A stretch of 64,000 bases of DNA from Perkinsela sp. CCAP 1560/9 (Eukaryota; Protista; Euglenozoa: Kinetoplastea), in assembly GCA_965644495.1 (NCBI GenBank), contig CBFFSA010000006.1, forward strand, positions 558,001-622,000. Direction: 5' to 3'. Below, piece after piece: positions 1-11,439 of the stretch (position 1 is its first letter; the number at the start of each line of letters is the position of its first letter). Under the pieces are notes generated by a model. It was not told the DNA's origin, searched no databases, and was given only the letters and a program-made list of their open reading frames with translations. Both the position numbers and the translations under genes were made by a program.

Positions 1-2214
1 CATTCATATCGACTCTGGAAACTATACCTTTCATTACGAGTACAGCTTCAACGATTATCTACAGCAAGGGTCGGCGGATTTATCGAAAGGACCGCAGAAG
101 ACTTTGAGCAATGCCTTTCGAGCACAAAGTTACGAAGATTTCCGTGGCTCTGGGTTATGTACGTGAAGATGTACATGGATTCTCTTTGTTTCACGAGCGC
201 TCGCCACGTGTTCGGCAGAGCATTAGAATCACTTCCATGGACTCAGCACGCTTTCCTTTGGCGATGCTACGTTGGCTTTCTTTTAGAGGAGTCATTAGAC
301 TCGGACTATATGGTTATTTCAACGCTTAAACGAGCAGTCGAATTCGATCACAAATATGTCACTCCTCTGTACGATGACTATATCGCACGCAAGCGATATG
401 TCGATGCTTTTGTTCTTCTTGTTTCTTACCCGGATTACTTCGAATTTGGTCCTCTTGACTTTCTGTCAAAGTATCGCGCTACTGCTTTTCAGAGTATTGT
501 GAAAGATTATTTTACCACGGCAGTCGACGTTGTTCCTGGTAAGTGTTCTACTATCCTGGCACTTGGCAATACAATTACCGAGTATTTTTCCTATCACAAA
601 GAATTTAATGAAGCCCGAAGGCTGTACGAAACGTTGTTCCAGAGGGCTGACTATGTTTTCTTTGCTGCGGTTTATGAAAATTGTACTCTTCTCTTAGTTA
701 ACGCCGCCCATTGGCATAAATATTCAATTGACAGTGTCCGAAATTTAGAGGCCTTACTGCAGCAGCGAGAAGACTATGATATAGCTGCCGCACTACGTAA
801 ATATCCCACCCTAACTTTTTTATGGATTCGAAAAGCAGCAAAAATGGGGGAGGATGTGGGGGGGAAGGAATCAGTTTTCTTAGAAGCAGTGAAACAATGT
901 GCACACAATAGTGATGTTCACAAAATTTGGTACGAGTTTTCTCTTTGGTACGAAGCCACGAAGGACTATTCTTCTGCTGAACATGTTTTGATAACAGCTT
1001 TAAGGCAAAAATTTGTAAATGCGGAAAGCTATGCATACTTAACTTGCGCATACGCTGAACTGCTTATACGTTGTTGCAAGCATGCAAAGGTTATTAAACT
1101 TCTTCGCTTCGCGACGGCGACTAATGATGCATCCATCGCAACATCCTTTAGCAGTGATACTGCGCTCTCCAAAGTAACGTGGAAGTCGAATCGGGTATGG
1201 AATTTGTATCTCGATCTTGTCGAACAATACGGCGACCGTGAAGCTATAAAATCATCCTATGGTCGCATGTTTTCGTTAGGTATCGGCGGATCTAAACATT
1301 TCATCAATTATGCCAATATTCTGAAGGAAAATAAAGAAGACGTGAGTTCCATAGTACGTGTCCTCGAAGACGCTAGACAAAAGTTTTCAAGTGATCCGTC
1401 CATATGGAAAATGTATCTTAGAGCAATTGCGGATACATGCGGTTTTGAAATCGAGTTTTCTAGGCACTATTTCCGTCACTTCGCAGCACGGTTTGTTCGA
1501 GGTCACGATTATTGGCAACTTAGTTCAAATCAGTCGCCAGGGAAATCCATCTTATTTCTGTTTAATCTTTGCGCCTGTTTTTGCGCCATTAAAGAGGATG
1601 AGTACAAGAAAGGCAATCGCTTAATTAGTTTTGAAATGCAACGTAACGAATTGTTTTGTTCAATACGCTTGTACATCGCTACGCGAACTTGTATTACTGG
1701 TATAGCAGAGTCTGGGAAAACTCTATTACCGGGTGAAGACCCAGTCAAACGTGATGCAATCATCTACACAACGCTTTCTAATGTGATGGGACGCGTGGTT
1801 GACTACATTAAAGAAGGGGACAAAATCTTTGGATGCAATTCCGGGCGCACTGCCTTTCACAGCATTATTCAATACGTAGAAGCAGCCGTTGAAAAAGAAC
1901 ACTCCTTTGTCATCATTCCTTTTATTTTGAATATCACCATGTGGTTGATTGATTATGAACTGATAGGTATTCATATCAAAGAAGCACGAAACGCGTTTAA
2001 AATTGGTGCCCAGTGGCTTATTGTCTTAAACTCAGTTTCTTGCATCCGTAATGACATTGAATGGAGTACACTTCAAATAGCGTTTTGGAAGAAATGGGCT
2101 GAATTTGAGAAAATGTACGGTACGGATGCCAAGCAATGCGATGTTCGTAAAATATGGAAGACAGTTACTCAAGCAAGCTTTAAAACTGCACCTCTTTTCA
2201 TGGAAGAAAAGTAA
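1..2214 (+). CDS. SYF1: Pre-mRNA splicing factor SYF1/XAB2 (HAT repeats), 5' truncated by the window edge
   Basis: Frame +1 is open from base 1 (HSYRLWKLYL...FPWLWVMY), matching the SYF1 N-terminal SYKLWxxYL pattern. Internal KSNRVWNLYLDLVEQYG...Y.RMF.LGI....FINYA.ILKE and C-terminal FWKKWAEFE.MYG are SYF1-like. Confidence 0.85.
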   Translation, partial: HSYRLWKLYLSLRVQLQRLSTARVGGFIERTAEDFEQCLSSTKLRRFPWLWVMYVKMYMDSLCFTSARHVFGRALESLPWTQHAFLWRCYVGFLLEESLDSDYMVISTLKRAVEFDHKYVTPLYDDYIARKRYVDAFVLLVSYPDYFEFGPLDFLSKYRATAFQSIVKDYFTTAVDVVPGKCSTILALGNTITEYFSYHKEFNEARRLYETLFQRADYVFFAAVYENCTLLLVNAAHWHKYSIDSVRNLEALLQQREDYDIAAALRKYPTLTFLWIRKAAKMGEDVGGKESVFLEAVKQCAHNSDVHKIWYEFSLWYEATKDYSSAEHVLITALRQKFVNAESYAYLTCAYAELLIRCCKHAKVIKLLRFATATNDASIATSFSSDTALSKVTWKSNRVWNLYLDLVEQYGDREAIKSSYGRMFSLGIGGSKHFINYANILKENKEDVSSIVRVLEDARQKFSSDPSIWKMYLRAIADTCGFEIEFSRHYFRHFAARFVRGHDYWQLSSNQSPGKSILFLFNLCACFCAIKEDEYKKGNRLISFEMQRNELFCSIRLYIATRTCITGIAESGKTLLPGEDPVKRDAIIYTTLSNVMGRVVDYIKEGDKIFGCNSGRTAFHSIIQYVEAAVEKEHSFVIIPFILNITMWLIDYELIGIHIKEARNAFKIGAQWLIVLNSVSCIRNDIEWSTLQIAFWKKWAEFEKMYGTDAKQCDVRKIWKTVTQASFKTAPLFMEEK

Positions 2215-2829
2215 GCCGAACTACTATTTGGGTTAATTCAAGTACACTTACTTAGTATATTATACTCTAAATATTGCGGTGGTTGTATAACTACCTCTCT
2301 ACGCTCGATTATCGAAACAACAGTGAACTAAAACCGAAAAAATACTGCAAAATCGAAAGACAGTATTGAAATAATTGGGGGTTCAGGGGGTCATGGTCGA
2401 CCAAAACGTTTTTAGAAAAAAGAAATATCGTTCCTCCTATTGTAGTATGGGGCCTCTACTAGCATTCTGCAACGTTGTTTTCACAACATACGTTTCAGTA
2501 CCATTTCTTGCAGCTGGGACCACCCACAGTGGCCCTTTTTCGACCGAAATACGCGAAAAAATATTTTTTGGACCCAATAGGGTCCGTTTTCCTTTCACAA
2601 ATAGTTTGGTCTGAGTCGCATTTTGTACTCATTACGTTCTGTAGGCCTTTATTCTTGCGAATCGGAGAACTATGAAGTGTGACAATCTGAAAATGTTAAG
2701 AAACGTACAGAAAAAAGAGTAGATTTTATCTCAATAGTGCACAATGAGGCGACACATTATAAATAGTATTGAAAGAAATCGCAAAAACAAATCGGAACGG
2801 CTTCGCGGCACCTGTTTTCTCCGACTGAC

Positions 2830-2962
2830 AAATAAGTAGGGTCCCTACTTATTTACCCTCCCTAAGGGGGGTGAAGTTACTATCATTTCCCAGAACTGAG
2901 AATAAGTAGAGGGCGGTGACAATTATGTAGGGGGGATAGTATAAGAGGGATAGTATACTGTA
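2830..2962. repeat. Perfect 25-bp palindrome plus related AATAAGTAGRGG motifs; possible orphan transposon end
   Basis: AAATAAGTAGGG-T-CCCTACTTATTT at 2830-2854; related motifs at ~2901 and ~2921; region ends ...TACTG-TA at ~2960. Confidence 0.45.
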
Positions 2963-3170
2963 TTTCTCAAGAGAAGTCTTTACGCAGTTTAAGCTTGTTT
3001 AATGGCAAATAATTACTCACACCCTCGAATAAAATGCAACTCTGCTGCGACAATTGCAATTCAGTAGGTAGGGTTGGAGCTAAAAAGTATTCAACCCATC
3101 TCATTGAGTGAATTCCGGCGTTTACAAAATGAATTATTTTTTGGGGAGTATGTAGTAGCCTTTTTTTGGT

Positions 3171-3644
3171 ATGAAAAATATTATTATAGACTATGCGGGT
3201 CTCACAGATTTGCTAATTGGTGTGTTAGGAAAGACTTTCTGTCTTGCTGCTCTTTTTCGTGCATATCAAAATATTGGAGGAGACCTAAAACTAGATTGCG
3301 TTTTACATGCGATTGTGATAGGATTTGGTCCGCTTAGTATAGCAGCTTATTTTCTACCTGGCTTCGTAAAAGCAGAGCTGGTAGTAAGTGCCTCACTTCT
3401 CTTCATATGTGTCAGATGGTGGATTAAAATGTATTGCACTCAAAACGTTGAACAGACCGAAAATTCTTGTGAGAAAATACCTCCAGAAAACTATTGTTCG
3501 GAAGGAGCCCGGACCACGATACAATCCCTAAAATTACTTAGAAACAAATGCTTGAAAAATCCGCACCTGTTTTCACGATTACAAAACATTTCCCGTTTCC
3601 GGCGCTTCCTGTGTGATCCTAATGACTACGGGATTTGGTTTTAA
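3171..3644 (+). CDS. Hypothetical small membrane protein
   Basis: 157-aa ATG ORF on the cluster strand with about three hydrophobic segments; no family recognised. Confidence 0.4.
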   Translation: MKNIIIDYAGLTDLLIGVLGKTFCLAALFRAYQNIGGDLKLDCVLHAIVIGFGPLSIAAYFLPGFVKAELVVSASLLFICVRWWIKMYCTQNVEQTENSCEKIPPENYCSEGARTTIQSLKLLRNKCLKNPHLFSRLQNISRFRRFLCDPNDYGIWF

Positions 3645-3938
3645 GTCTTTTGTTGTATTTTAAATCCTGTTTTTTCAAATCTTACTCTAGAAGTAAATTT
3701 ATTTCTTACTTACTCTAGAGGTATTAAAACTTACTTTAGGAATTATAGAATCTAGTAAATCGTCGTCATTTTTACTCACAAAATTGTAAAACCTTTTTGT
3801 TAACTCATGATTCTTGAGCAATCAATTATTCTAAGTAGTAGTACGTCGAATCGCTACCTTTTAAATCACGTTCCTTTCTACGATTTTTGTCGTACAACGG
3901 CCATGTGCCACCTTTTTCATAACATGGTCTTTCGCTAG

Positions 3939-6008
3939 ATGAGTGTTGCAAAGGAAACATGGAGGTCGCAACACGGGGTAGGAGGTATTTCTGCGTCTCA
4001 AGTTGGTTCAGCTCTTGGTCTTCGCGGGTGCATTAGTGATTTTTTACACTACGAAAGACATCTTAAATACACTAGTCTTGCATTCGAAGGAAACAGCCAC
4101 ACTAGGCACGGAATTCGATTAGAGCCATTCGCGCGAACACTCTACGAGTATTGGACTGGATACAAAGTTTGTGATGGGGGTTTTCATATTCACAAAGACC
4201 ACAGTTTCCTAGCATGTTCTCCAGATGGCCTCGTTCACCGATCCGGTGATACCACTTTGTTACTTGAAATTAAATCCCCGGTACATGGGCTATACAAGCC
4301 CGCCACAGCGGAGAATATGATTTGTGGAATTCCAAAGTGCTACATGTGTCAGATACAATGCCAAATGGAAATATATAATGCCGACGTATGTGACTTCTTT
4401 GCTTATGTGCAGTGTAGTGGAACTGTTGCTGCTTGGCGAGTGCATCGCAATACTTTATGGTGGGCGTGGGCTCTACCCAAGTTGAAACTAATTAGTCATG
4501 CGTTGAATGACGTGGTCGTTCCGGAAGCATTGTGTAGCCGTAAATTTCACTTTATTCCGTTCGATTATGATCAAATTGTGGTCAAATTTCTTTTTTTGGA
4601 TAATGGTTCGTCTTCTTCTTCGATAACTTTCTGCAGACCTTTGGTATTAGAGCCTCAAGGTGCGCGTTTTGAAAGGGGAGAGATGTGTTTTTTGATTCCA
4701 CAGAATGAGGTTCAAAAAGCTGAGCGGTCACAATACCATTCTTTGAATGTTGATTCAGAAGAAGAATTGGACGCAATGTGGCTTTCGGCCGTCCAATATA
4801 ATGAACGAAGAACCATGTTAGTGTGTAGGCCCCCAACTAGGGCATTTCCGTATTCCATAGTCCAGGACATGAACAATTCTAAGTTTTATCACGTTCCTGA
4901 GAAGTTTCTTGAAAAGGAGCACTGTGAAGAAAGCGGTCCTAATAAAAAGGATATGAAAATCAGACTATTAAGATCATTTCCTGAAGAGGACAGCCCCAGG
5001 GAAATCAGTTCATTGCAATCTACCGTAGATTCGGATGACCTCTGCAGTGCTACTCTACCTCTTCTGCTCAGTCTAAGAGATTTTTCGGAATATTTTGCAT
5101 CACTTCCTGAAAATGCAAACGTTGGTCTTATTCAAGGAAGTATCCGAAAAAGGGATGTGTGTGCAGTAAATCATCTCATAGAACGTTTTTCTGAACGATT
5201 TCCCCAGTGTCACATGATGTCCTGGAGCGAATTTCTTGTTTTGGGAAAACGCGATTCTCTCCCAGGCACAATTACTATGCAGACTGAATCCGAGTTGTGT
5301 TCTCCGGAATCAAGTTCCCCATCAAGTACGGCATCAACTGCGTCATGTTCTGCTGATTCACTTGATAGAACATTCGCAAAAGGCAAATACAGTTTTTCGT
5401 GTTCTGCTATGCTAATATTTATTGGAGACATTCCCTTGGAATCACTTCCTTCGAAGGATGTCCCTTGCTCTTTTTTGCGAGATGAATGGTGTCGCGTCTT
5501 GCGCAAACACCATGTACAACTACATATTCCAACTCTATATCTTCCATCGACATATACTAATTTGACTAGGCCGTATGATGCCGAAACTATTGAACATAGA
5601 CCACCCAAGAAAAGATTTCTTTCACCTTTACGGACTCCCGTCGTAAGAATACATAAAAATTTATCCTCACAAAATTCGACGAATTCGCAATCCAAAAAAT
5701 GCACATTATCTCCTTCAAATCCAAAAATTAATTCTTCTCAAAGTTTTGATTCAACGATCCCCACCCAAACAGAGTCGCTGGACCTTACAGGATGTATTGA
5801 AGAGATGCAAATGATAGAGGAAAATGCTGTTGCACATTCTACATGCCCAAATGAGGAAATTTTGGAGGCAGACCCACAGAGAAGAAAAGTTTCAAAATAT
5901 AAAGATGGCGCTTGTTCAGGAATTTTAGTACCAAGTTGTAACGGTTTGATGTGGAGTGACGGTCTCCTGAGTCTTCGATGCCGAATAATCAGGCAATATT
6001 GGATTTAA
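3939..6008 (+). CDS. YqaJ/lambda-exonuclease-like (PD-(D/E)xK) domain protein with a long low-complexity C-terminus
   Basis: W...ISASQVGSALG, G.RLEP.AR..YE, LACSPDGLV, LLEIKSP, IP..Y..QIQ.QM and CDF motifs; pyrimidine tract + AG directly before the ATG. Confidence 0.85.
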   Translation: MSVAKETWRSQHGVGGISASQVGSALGLRGCISDFLHYERHLKYTSLAFEGNSHTRHGIRLEPFARTLYEYWTGYKVCDGGFHIHKDHSFLACSPDGLVHRSGDTTLLLEIKSPVHGLYKPATAENMICGIPKCYMCQIQCQMEIYNADVCDFFAYVQCSGTVAAWRVHRNTLWWAWALPKLKLISHALNDVVVPEALCSRKFHFIPFDYDQIVVKFLFLDNGSSSSSITFCRPLVLEPQGARFERGEMCFLIPQNEVQKAERSQYHSLNVDSEEELDAMWLSAVQYNERRTMLVCRPPTRAFPYSIVQDMNNSKFYHVPEKFLEKEHCEESGPNKKDMKIRLLRSFPEEDSPREISSLQSTVDSDDLCSATLPLLLSLRDFSEYFASLPENANVGLIQGSIRKRDVCAVNHLIERFSERFPQCHMMSWSEFLVLGKRDSLPGTITMQTESELCSPESSSPSSTASTASCSADSLDRTFAKGKYSFSCSAMLIFIGDIPLESLPSKDVPCSFLRDEWCRVLRKHHVQLHIPTLYLPSTYTNLTRPYDAETIEHRPPKKRFLSPLRTPVVRIHKNLSSQNSTNSQSKKCTLSPSNPKINSSQSFDSTIPTQTESLDLTGCIEEMQMIEENAVAHSTCPNEEILEADPQRRKVSKYKDGACSGILVPSCNGLMWSDGLLSLRCRIIRQYWI

Positions 6009-6351
6009 GCTATGCATTTCATAGCCATTGTTGTAACGAAAGCAAAAAACATGCTATCATTTTTCAAGACGTCTTGAGGCACACCATGTACATGTTTACA
6101 ACATATTTACAAAGCATATTTACAACACGTTTTTATAACACGCGTGTGGACATGAAATCCATATCGATTCATTGAATCGGGGCCAGAATACTCTCCAAAC
6201 GAAAAAATGGAAAACTACCGTTACCCCTCCTAGACAGATCCGGACAAAAGTGTCTAAAATGGCAAAATTTAGGATATGTTACATACTAGGATATGTTACG
6301 TACTAGTAAGGTGAGACGAAAAAATGTTCGAGGTAATCGAATGAGACCCAC

Positions 6352-6436
6352 AAAGAAATATCAAGCTCAAAAAGATATCAAGCTCAAAAAAATATGAAGC
6401 TCAAAAATGTATGAAACTCAAAAAGATATCAAGCAG
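6352..6436. repeat. 5 x 17-bp tandem repeat (AAAAAGATATCAAGCTC-like) inside the pogo element
   Basis: Units start at 6352, 6369, 6386, 6403 and 6420. Confidence 0.85.
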
Positions 6437-6467
6437 GCTCTCATCAGGAACCTAGCGTTACGCCGTC

Positions 6468-8003
6468 TCATTCGTTATCCCCTGAGTCGGAGTCGACGAT
6501 TACCGCTTGTTCGAGAAACGTTGATCGAGCCAGGCGTGAGCAAAGCTCTGCCTCATTATCAGCGCCACGCGAAGTCTCTGTCACCACAAGAGTGCTTGCA
6601 CAAAGCTCTGATGCACGCTCGTAGGAAATCTGACGGATGTTTTCCTCCAATGCCGTCTTATAAATAACTTCGAAAGCCTTCCCATCGGCTTCAGTGCCAA
6701 TAGAATGAAGAGATCGAACAACAAAGCGCGTAATGTTCCCACGTGACGGTTTCGGAAATGTGTTGAACGTTGCTGCTCGCCAGTAAGTATACTGCTCACT
6801 GTAGTTGTGCTTAAAGCTTCGATTCACTGTAGGTCCATAAGCTGCAAGATTGAAGTACATCCACCGGGAATGAGAGCTACATCAATGTCTCGCCGTTTAA
6901 AAAATAAAAGCACTTTATTTGTTCGATGTGCGGCATATAAATCCATAATCAAGATAGTTTTCCGGGGTGGGTACTTCGAATGATCGCTAAAATTCATGCT
7001 TCGCCCAAGCAGAAAAAGCTTCTGATGTTGTCCATCCGCTTGGAGTTGTAGTTGCGGTGCAGCCATATCCTTCGGCTGCCGCGCGCACCTCTTTGGAAAC
7101 TAATCCAGTCGAAGAATGCGCGGACCAAATAAGGTGAGGTGGGTGTATTTCATGTTCCCATTTCCCCGATTCTTCCTGTCGCGTCCCCGATACATAGGAG
7201 GAAGTTCCCCAAAACCAGGCAGTACCCATGGACCGTTCCTTCCCCCTTTGTTCGCACCTTAATTCGTTTTGTGCCACGCTGCTCATAAGTGATCTCAGAT
7301 ACCGGTTCCCAAAGTATGGACGTTTCCTCACCCGTTACGATGACGGAATAACCTCCTCTGTCTTTGTTCATGAGTGTAATCATATCGCGAAACTTTGAAG
7401 CTTTTTCATCAGCATCTTTTGGGACAAGCTGGGGGTATCCGTTTACTCTTCGGCGTGAAATATTAACGTATTTGCAGAATCGAAGCCAAAATTTTTCTTG
7501 CCCATAATTGCTAAGCTCGCGAAAGTGTTCAGATGCTTCCTCGAAATATCGAAACATCATCTTCTTTGTGACTGCAACTAGCGTTTCTCGAAGCATGTTC
7601 ATCGTGTGGATACCTCCATTGTACAATTCGCTATTCTTCTTGGGGGCATGGTATTGAAGAGCTTTTCCATAGCCAATGCGTACAAGTCTTTGCCATTCTT
7701 GCTTCTTTTGATATATTTTTCGCAGAGTACTAGTATCTATTTTGTATTCCCGAGGAACACTGACCAAGGACAACCATCACCCAGGCAGGAACACATGTTG
7801 CATTTTTGCTGAATCATTAAGTCCACACGAACCTTACGCTCATTGTGGAGTACAGCACTCTGCTCGGTAGCGATTTCTGCAGTCGGTGGAGTTGTAGACA
7901 CTTCCTCGGAATCCGGTATAATGGTCACCGGTGTCTCCACTGGAAGAAAGCGCTGTCGCACAAGGCTTGCATTGAACAGTAGGTGATTTAATGGCCCAGG
8001 CAT
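6468..8003 (-). pseudogene. Frameshifted pogo-type DDE_1 transposase
   Basis: Fragments in several frames: IVTGEETSILWEP..ITYEQRGTKRIKV, SGWTTSEAFSAW, LIMDLYAAH, IPGGCTSILQLMD, TVNRSFK. Confidence 0.88.
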
Positions 8004-8487
8004 TTGAATTGTAGCGAAATGATATTGAGGGAATAATTGTTGGATAAAACGTTACACTACGATTGAAAGACAGAGAACAAAATTTTCACATTGGATATAA
8101 AGCTAGTACGTAACATATCCCATATTTTCGGGAAAAAGGGGATATGTTACGTACTAGGATATGTCTAGGGGGGTAACGGTATATTAATATTTTTGACTAA
8201 AGTGTTAGCTGATTTATACTTTTCAAAAAAATAATCCTTGCAAAAAAGATTTCTCGAATGCGGCGAAAAAATACGGCATGACGATTACGAGAATATAGAG
8301 AATGCGGTACGGGTAGTATTTTTGTTTTGTTTTTTAAGACACCTCACATAAGATTTTGATTGATATGAACCTGTGTTTCTACGGTTATATGAAACGGCAT
8401 ATAAGATCAATACGTGGTCAAAAGAGGATATCCGTGCAAAGGAATTTTCTTCCATTGAATTGCTTTCTGCGGCTAATTAACCAAGTC

Positions 8488-10365
8488 ATGATGAAAGGTA
8501 CAGGAAGTCAATATTTTCGGTTGATTTTTCAGGGATTAACAGTCCCAAAAGTAGTGAATCCATACCATATCCGTTCTCTGCAAATTGCAAAAGACATCCA
8601 AAGTGGAACAATGCCCGAGTTGGAACTTCATCAGAGAAACATAATGAAAAAAGAACCTATGAGGCGATGCTATATTACAAAGTTTTTGCGACCAGGGATA
8701 CATGGATTTCAATGCTTTCACCATTGTGATCCTAGAGATACAGTAATTGAAGAGCTCGATACCGATGGAGTATGCGTTTCAGAATACTTGAAAAGGTCTT
8801 CTTCGAATCCTCCTGCTTCGAAAGCAAAGGGCAAAGCATTTGGTAAAGCATTTGAAAAAGTCGAAATCGGGAAACATTTTGTTTGTTTGGGAAAAGAACC
8901 TTACGTACAAATGGTAATTAAGAGCTCTGGTTTAGTCGAAGAGTGTCTTCCCCCATGTCTGCAAACGTGCTACCGAGTTACTGAGCGTAGAAATGATTTG
9001 GCCATTGTAACACAACGTGTGACTGTTCCGTATGAAGCGTACAAGGTCTTTGAACAAGGAAAAATAGGAGGATATCCTCATCTATCTTGTTTCACTCCAA
9101 CTGATCGAGAGTTGAGTCCAAGCAATTATTCTGGAAATCGCTATCAAGTAGTTTTGCGAAGAATTCCATTTCGGGAACAGAAAGCGGTGATCTGCGCTAT
9201 TGACTGTGTACGGCAAAGTGGGTTCTTAAATTATTTTCCTCCTAATTATTTTTCACATCTGACACGCAACAAAAATCTTATCGGGGGGCACGTACTCAGA
9301 AGAGAATTTCGAGCTATCGTACAACATCTGCTTGAAAATACATCTTCCAGACATTCGTTACAAAAAGGACGTCACGCCTCAAGGCAAGATGCCGAACTAT
9401 CTGATACAGACTTTGGTCATTCAGAACCAAGGAATTCAACGTTGAAAAATACTTCTAGTCCATTGTTTAGTGCCTTAAGCAAGCATATCTTTCAAAGAAT
9501 CCAAGATTCTAATCGAATATTTGCTGGAACTGCTTCGGATTATTTGACGATAAGAAATAATGGTCATTCAAATATACTGGAATGTGAAGCAGCTGATATA
9601 CTCCAAAAAAACATATCTTTGCGAAGTATGATGCACTGGCTGGCTGACCTATCACGCCTTGTTTGGGATCGTGTTGTTGGGCTTCGTATAGATCGCATAG
9701 GTGCTTTTCATGTTCTTCCTGGAGATATTATTATTCGAAACGGGAATTATGAATATGCTACAAGAGATCAGATACAAAAGGGGGAAATTACCGCTCACGA
9801 CGTGTTACTTCCCGTTCCTGGTACTGAAGTAAGCGTGCCGGAGAACGAGACGTCGATCATTTATGAAAGTGTTATGCAAGAGCTAGGATTGCCTCGTTCC
9901 TTTGAAAAATGGAAGTGCCGTGATCTGTCACTTGAACACCACGGTTCATACCGGCCGATGCTGGTCAAGCCGATATCGCTTTGCCATAAGCTGAGTACAG
10001 GACCACAAGATGCCATTCTTGATCTGCGGTTTAGTTTGCCACCCCAGTGTGACTTAACAATGATGCTGCGCGAGCTGTGCAAGTATGAAGAAAACACCCC
10101 GCTGTTATGCCCTATTAAAGTTCCTACAGCAATGACCGAACAAGCACTTGAAGAAACTCCTTCCCCCGTGAACGGTGAGCTCAAATGGAGGCACTTAACT
10201 GATTCTGAGAAAAAGACATACAATACTCAGCTATCGCCGCGAAAGAAGAAAATAGTGCACGGATCAGCCTTATTGCGTGGACGTTTAACTCACAAAATAT
10301 TTCACCGAATTCTGCCTTTAGGAACACAAAGGTGGAGCTCCAGAAAAATAGGTAAAAAGATATAA
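8488..10365 (+). CDS. TruD/PUS7-family pseudouridine synthase-like protein, probably inactive
   Basis: GNRYQVVLR, GFLNYF, VLPGDII, DVLLPVPG, GSYRPML.KP and L.FSLP...LTMMLREL motifs. The catalytic GxKD segment reads ERRND. Start placed at ATG 8488 (ORF is open from 8356). Confidence 0.8.
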   Translation: MMKGTGSQYFRLIFQGLTVPKVVNPYHIRSLQIAKDIQSGTMPELELHQRNIMKKEPMRRCYITKFLRPGIHGFQCFHHCDPRDTVIEELDTDGVCVSEYLKRSSSNPPASKAKGKAFGKAFEKVEIGKHFVCLGKEPYVQMVIKSSGLVEECLPPCLQTCYRVTERRNDLAIVTQRVTVPYEAYKVFEQGKIGGYPHLSCFTPTDRELSPSNYSGNRYQVVLRRIPFREQKAVICAIDCVRQSGFLNYFPPNYFSHLTRNKNLIGGHVLRREFRAIVQHLLENTSSRHSLQKGRHASRQDAELSDTDFGHSEPRNSTLKNTSSPLFSALSKHIFQRIQDSNRIFAGTASDYLTIRNNGHSNILECEAADILQKNISLRSMMHWLADLSRLVWDRVVGLRIDRIGAFHVLPGDIIIRNGNYEYATRDQIQKGEITAHDVLLPVPGTEVSVPENETSIIYESVMQELGLPRSFEKWKCRDLSLEHHGSYRPMLVKPISLCHKLSTGPQDAILDLRFSLPPQCDLTMMLRELCKYEENTPLLCPIKVPTAMTEQALEETPSPVNGELKWRHLTDSEKKTYNTQLSPRKKKIVHGSALLRGRLTHKIFHRILPLGTQRWSSRKIGKKI

Positions 10366-11076
10366 TAAATCACACTGATTATGCTGTGACGTAAACCGCG
10401 CAACATCTTTTCAGTCAAAACAAAAACAATATTGCGTATTACATTTTTCAAAAGACGTAGAAGTATTACTGATATCGTCCCGTAACGTCTAGCACTGTAC
10501 GCTGTATTCGCTTGGTTGTATTCTCTTGATTGTTAGGATTTTCCTTTGTCATCAGAATACAGTATGGGCCTAGGGGGAAATACAATATACGTAGCAGAAT
10601 TTCCATGTTTATGGTTATTTTTGCGCCTTCTTTTAGCGTGATGTTTTCTTCACCATAGCTCTCATCATATGACCAGTAGGCAAGATATTCTTTAAATACA
10701 AGTAGTAAATGAAAGTAGTAAGTCGGGCAAAACGCTTTTCTAAATTTAGAATTTTGTTCCATTAAGTGTTCCTCTCGTTAGCTTAGTTAACCAGAACGTG
10801 TTCTTGTTCTCACAACAACAATGTATGTAACTAGCAATGTATGTATATTTGAAACTGGGTTTTATTTTGGGCTGGACAATTGCTAGTTATTATTATACGA
10901 TTTTATTTATTTTTCTATCATCCAATCCCTTCATTTTTCTTCACTTCTTCTGCCTACAAAGGCGTGTCACGATTTCGTCTTCACCCAAATGGGACACGAT
11001 AACTAAGAAAAGTGATGCAGCACATGAAATTGTGGCGCGCAAACCAAGCAAAACTATTTTTTGTGCAATTTAGGTA

Positions 11077-11439
11077 CAGTGCGCCAAGTTGTTCAAGTCC
11101 CAGAAAGTGGTTTTCTCAAACGGTAAAAAAAAATTTGTAGTCACCTTTTTTTAGACTTTTTCTTTCTTTTTCGAGGGTTTTTGTCCAAGGCAAATTGTCA
11201 GTCTGTCATTGATTTCATTTCATCTCCTTTTTTAAGTTGTGACAACGGACATCCGCATACAACTCGCATTAGAAAGCTCGGTGCGTCAACGACATTTGAT
11301 TATGGCAACAATTTTTCATCAAAAAATGAAAGGACTTGACTAGTGCCTCCAGTAATAGATCCCAAATGGTAACATTTTTTGTAGTTACCCAGAACCGGTG
11401 GTAACTACTAAAAACCACTTTATTTTTTTGGGCGCACTG
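11077..11439. mobile_element. Tc1/mariner-type MITE (~363 bp)
   Basis: TA|CAGTGCGCC ... GGCGCACTG|TA termini; internal TTTGTAGTYACC repeats; no credible coding capacity. Confidence 0.6.

Larger units (their letters stand above)
6218..8179 (-). mobile_element. pogo/Tigger-family (Tc1/mariner superfamily) DNA transposon, full length but decayed
   Basis: Left TIR CCGTTACCCCTCCTAGACAGATCC; right TIR reverse complement CCGTTACCCCCCTAGACATATCC; TA duplication at 6216-17 and 8180-81; subterminal GGATATGTTACGTACTA repeats at both ends. Confidence 0.9.

Noticed and set aside
10466-10762. Minus-strand 98-aa ORF with LKEGAKITINM, faintly like the NECAP C-terminal motif
   Set aside because: Antisense to the cluster, too short, and the rest of the domain is not evident.
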